This document shows positions 15,624-18,317 of a stretch of 18,317 nucleotides of DNA, piece by piece. Position 1 is the stretch's first letter. Every line of letters starts with the position of its first letter. Both the position numbers and the translations under genes were made by a program. A model generated the notes under the pieces. That model had not been told where the DNA came from and did no database searches. It saw only the letters and a list, made by a program, of their open reading frames with translations. Origin of the DNA: Abditibacteriaceae bacterium (GTDB lineage Bacteria; Armatimonadota; Abditibacteriia; Abditibacteriales; Abditibacteriaceae); contig JANMKN010000126.1 of NCBI GenBank assembly GCA_031372065.1, forward strand, positions 1-18,317. Direction: 5' to 3'.

Positions 15624-17441
15624 TCAGCGGGGAACAGTAGGCAAAAAGCGCACGCGGCGATTGGGTTCGCGGCCCACGCTGTAGGAACGCAAGTGAAAAC
15701 GCTCGGCGATTTGATGTTGCAAGCGGCGCATTTGTTTGCCTTGGGCGCGCAATTCGACAGGCTCGGCTTGCGCCATGACGCGCTGCGCGGCGTTGCGCGC
15801 TTCTTGCAAGGCCAAATCACGGGGCGACTGCTTTTCGTCACTGGCCTGCGCACTAAATAAATCGTGCAAACGCGAGAGAATCTGCCCGTAAGTGTTGCCG
15901 CGCACGCCGATAAAAGGCAATTTCAATTCGCGCGCCTCGCGCAACATTGTGCTGTTGGCAGGCACGCCATCTTCGCCCGCGAGCAGCAAAACGGCATCCG
16001 ATTCGTTCCAATTGCGCGCGATGGTCAGCGGCAAGCCAAGATGCTTAATGGCCCGCGCCAGACGCGAGCGGCTAACACCAAACGGATAAACGCGGCGCAC
16101 GCGCGCCACATCAATTGGCACTTCGTCCGGCGCGCGGACGGTGGGCAGAAATTCGCTTTCGCCTTCGGGCAATTCCGGCTCAAAATCGGGGTCAGTCCAA
16201 CGCGAAATGGCGGGCGGATGCGCTACTTCGACAGCATATTCAGGACGATGCCCGACTTTGCCGTTGCGCCCACTATAAACCGGCGCAAGGGCGCCGCGTG
16301 TATCGCGCGTATCACGGTCGTGCCGATCATTGCGCCGTGTGCCGCGTTCATTATCGCGCCGTCCCCGCCGATTATCGGGACGTGGCTGTCGTTCGCGATT
16401 TTCCCATTCGCGTTCGGGTGGCGGCGCGGGTGCTTCAGATTGTTCGCTTTGCAGATTGCCATTTTCGTCGCGCCAGCGAATTTCCGGCGGCGCTGGATAG
16501 CCGCGCAACAGCGCGTCCACCACGTCCACCACGGGGCGGCGCACGGCGATTTTATCGCGCTCGATCATTTCGATAACCACATCAAAAGTCGGCGGCGCTT
16601 TGCGCTCCAAAACCGTTTTTTGCGTGCCGCGCCGCCGCGCTTCTTCATCCGAAAGCGTCACGGCTTGAATGCCGCCAATTAAATCGCTCATGGCCGGATT
16701 TGCTACCAAATTGTCCAAGGTGTTGCCGTGAACAGTGGCGATAAGTTGCACGCCACGCTCGGCGATAGTGCGCGCCGCCAAGGTTTCTTCCAAGCGCCCG
16801 ATTTCGTCAATCACAATCACTTCGGGCATATGATTTTCGACGGCCTCGATCATCACATCATGCTGTGCTTCGACACGTGGCACTTGCATTCGCCGTGCGC
16901 GGCCAATCGCCGGATGCGGCACATCGCCGTCGCCCGCGATTTCGTTGGAGGTGTCCACAATCACGACGCGTTTGCCTTCTTCGTCGGCCAAAACGCGCGC
17001 CATTTCGCGCAACAGCGTGGTTTTGCCAAGTCCCGGACGGCCCATGAGCAACACGCTCTCGCCGCCGGTGATTAAATCGTGCAAAATGTCCACGATGCCC
17101 ATCACAGCGCGCCCGACGCGCAAAGTCAAGCCAACAATCACGCTGCGCCGGTTGCGCATCGCCGAAATGCGATGCAGCGTGGCCGGAATGCCCGCGCGAT
17201 TATCGCCGCCAAATTCGCCGAGGCGCGATTCCACGAAATCCAAATCCTCGCGCGAGATGACTTCCTCGCGCAGATATTCATAGCGATCTGTGAAGCGCGC
17301 TTCGGGCTTGCGGCCCAAATCGAGAACGACTTCGATGAGTTGCCCACGCTCGTCTTCTTTAATCTGCGCGGCCAAACCCGGCGGCAAAACCGCCAACAAC
17401 TCGTCCAAATTGTCGGTGATGATGAATGGTTCGTTTGTCAT
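15624..17441 (-). CDS. SpoIIIAA/Ycf45-like AAA ATPase with C-terminal R3H domain
   Basis: EVVLDLGRKP, TLHRISAMRNR, Walker A GRPGLGKTT, VDTSNEIAGDG, Walker B VIVIDEIG, and R3H RRLQHQIAERFHLRSYSVGREPNRRV. Confidence 0.92.
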   Translation of the reverse strand: MTNEPFIITDNLDELLAVLPPGLAAQIKEDERGQLIEVVLDLGRKPEARFTDRYEYLREEVISREDLDFVESRLGEFGGDNRAGIPATLHRISAMRNRRSVIVGLTLRVGRAVMGIVDILHDLITGGESVLLMGRPGLGKTTLLREMARVLADEEGKRVVIVDTSNEIAGDGDVPHPAIGRARRMQVPRVEAQHDVMIEAVENHMPEVIVIDEIGRLEETLAARTIAERGVQLIATVHGNTLDNLVANPAMSDLIGGIQAVTLSDEEARRRGTQKTVLERKAPPTFDVVIEMIERDKIAVRRPVVDVVDALLRGYPAPPEIRWRDENGNLQSEQSEAPAPPPEREWENRERQPRPDNRRGRRDNERGTRRNDRHDRDTRDTRGALAPVYSGRNGKVGHRPEYAVEVAHPPAISRWTDPDFEPELPEGESEFLPTVRAPDEVPIDVARVRRVYPFGVSRSRLARAIKHLGLPLTIARNWNESDAVLLLAGEDGVPANSTMLREARELKLPFIGVRGNTYGQILSRLHDLFSAQASDEKQSPRDLALQEARNAAQRVMAQAEPVELRAQGKQMRRLQHQIAERFHLRSYSVGREPNRRVRFLPTVPR

Positions 17442-17498
17442 TTGATTTTACTCTGACGATGCCTCGCAAATTCGTTTCCGGCTGATCTTTTTAGTTTT

Positions 17499-18317
17499 CT
17501 ACTTCTTCAGTTTCTCGCCTCGCAAAGCGCGCACGGTTTGCAAATTAGTTTCGATCATCGTTTCGATTTCCGGCGTTTCGAGAATGAAGGGTTTGTCGCG
17601 CAACTGCGGATGATTGACGATGGTTTTCATGGCTTCGTGGCCAATTAAACCTGCACCGATGTGGTCGTGACGGTCTAAATGGCCGCCTAAAGTGCCTTTG
17701 CTGTCGTTGAGATGAATGACGGCTACGCGATGAACGCCAACCCTTTCATCCAAATTTTTCAGCACGTTTTCTAAATCATTCGCTAAATCGTGACCGGCGG
17801 CGTAGGCGTGGCAGGTATCGAAGCAAACCGCCAAGCGGTCACTGCTGACTGCTTGCAAAACTTCGCCCAAATGCTCGAAGGTGCCGCCCAAACAGGTGCC
17901 CTGCCCGGCGGTGTTTTCGAGGGCAATTTTCACTCGCGCGTTCGGCGTGGCGTCCAAAACGCGCTTTAATGATTCGGCGAGACGCTTTAAGCCTTTTTGT
18001 TCGCCACTTTCGCCGTTATCGAAAAGCGAGGCGGTGGTTTTGCACAAATGCGCGCCGCAATGGGTGACGAGGAAATCGGCACCCAAAAAGTCGGCGCGCT
18101 CAACTTCATCAATCATGGCGCGAATGGATTTTTCCAAAATGGTTTCATCAGGCGCGGCGAGATTGATGAGATACGAATCGTGGACCACCAGCGGCGCGAA
18201 GGCGGATTTCTGCCATGCGGCGCGAAAATCGGCGACGCGCAAGGAGTCGAGCGGCGGCGCATTCCATTGGCGCGGCGATTTGCTGAAAATCTGCAAGCAA
18301 TTGCAATCGAGTTTTCG
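17499..18317 (-). CDS. nfo: endonuclease IV (5' end outside window)
   Basis: QIFSKSPRQW, HDSYLINLA, IALENTAGQG, VCFDTCHAYAAG, IHLNDSK, DRHDHIG and ILETP. The frame stays open to the window edge. Confidence 0.95.
   Translation of the reverse strand, partial: RKLDCNCLQIFSKSPRQWNAPPLDSLRVADFRAAWQKSAFAPLVVHDSYLINLAAPDETILEKSIRAMIDEVERADFLGADFLVTHCGAHLCKTTASLFDNGESGEQKGLKRLAESLKRVLDATPNARVKIALENTAGQGTCLGGTFEHLGEVLQAVSSDRLAVCFDTCHAYAAGHDLANDLENVLKNLDERVGVHRVAVIHLNDSKGTLGGHLDRHDHIGAGLIGHEAMKTIVNHPQLRDKPFILETPEIETMIETNLQTVRALRGEKLKK

Noticed and set aside
15864..16682. 272-aa plus-strand ORF, and the similar 11047-11685 ORF
   Set aside because: Antisense shadows of well-supported minus-strand genes.

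Overview
Bacterial chromosomal window of about 55% GC (by eye). It holds about 19 protein genes, mostly housekeeping or metabolic: DUF1552 protein, PIN toxin with a small upstream ORF, GNAT, gdhA, Gfo/Idh/MocA, GT2, two thioredoxins, holB, tmk, cupin, SpoIIIAA/Ycf45-R3H ATPase and a 5'-truncated nfo. The unusual content is mainly intergenic. (i) Two copies of a 42-bp-unit palindromic tandem array (3-128 and 6315-6597) share a conserved downstream tail. The complete copy has terminal inverted repeats and abuts what looks like an IS982-type transposase 5' stub. (ii) A degenerate 13 x 21-bp array splits tmk from holB. (iii) Two AGTGAAA-heptamer hairpins sit at unrelated gene junctions. (iv) The trxA leader is structured. 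There is also a hydantoinase B/oxoprolinase pseudogene with a large internal deletion and a histone-H1-like protein ending in a C4 zinc ribbon. No rRNA, tRNA, CRISPR array or intact transposase was found. All family assignments are from motif recognition, not database searches.
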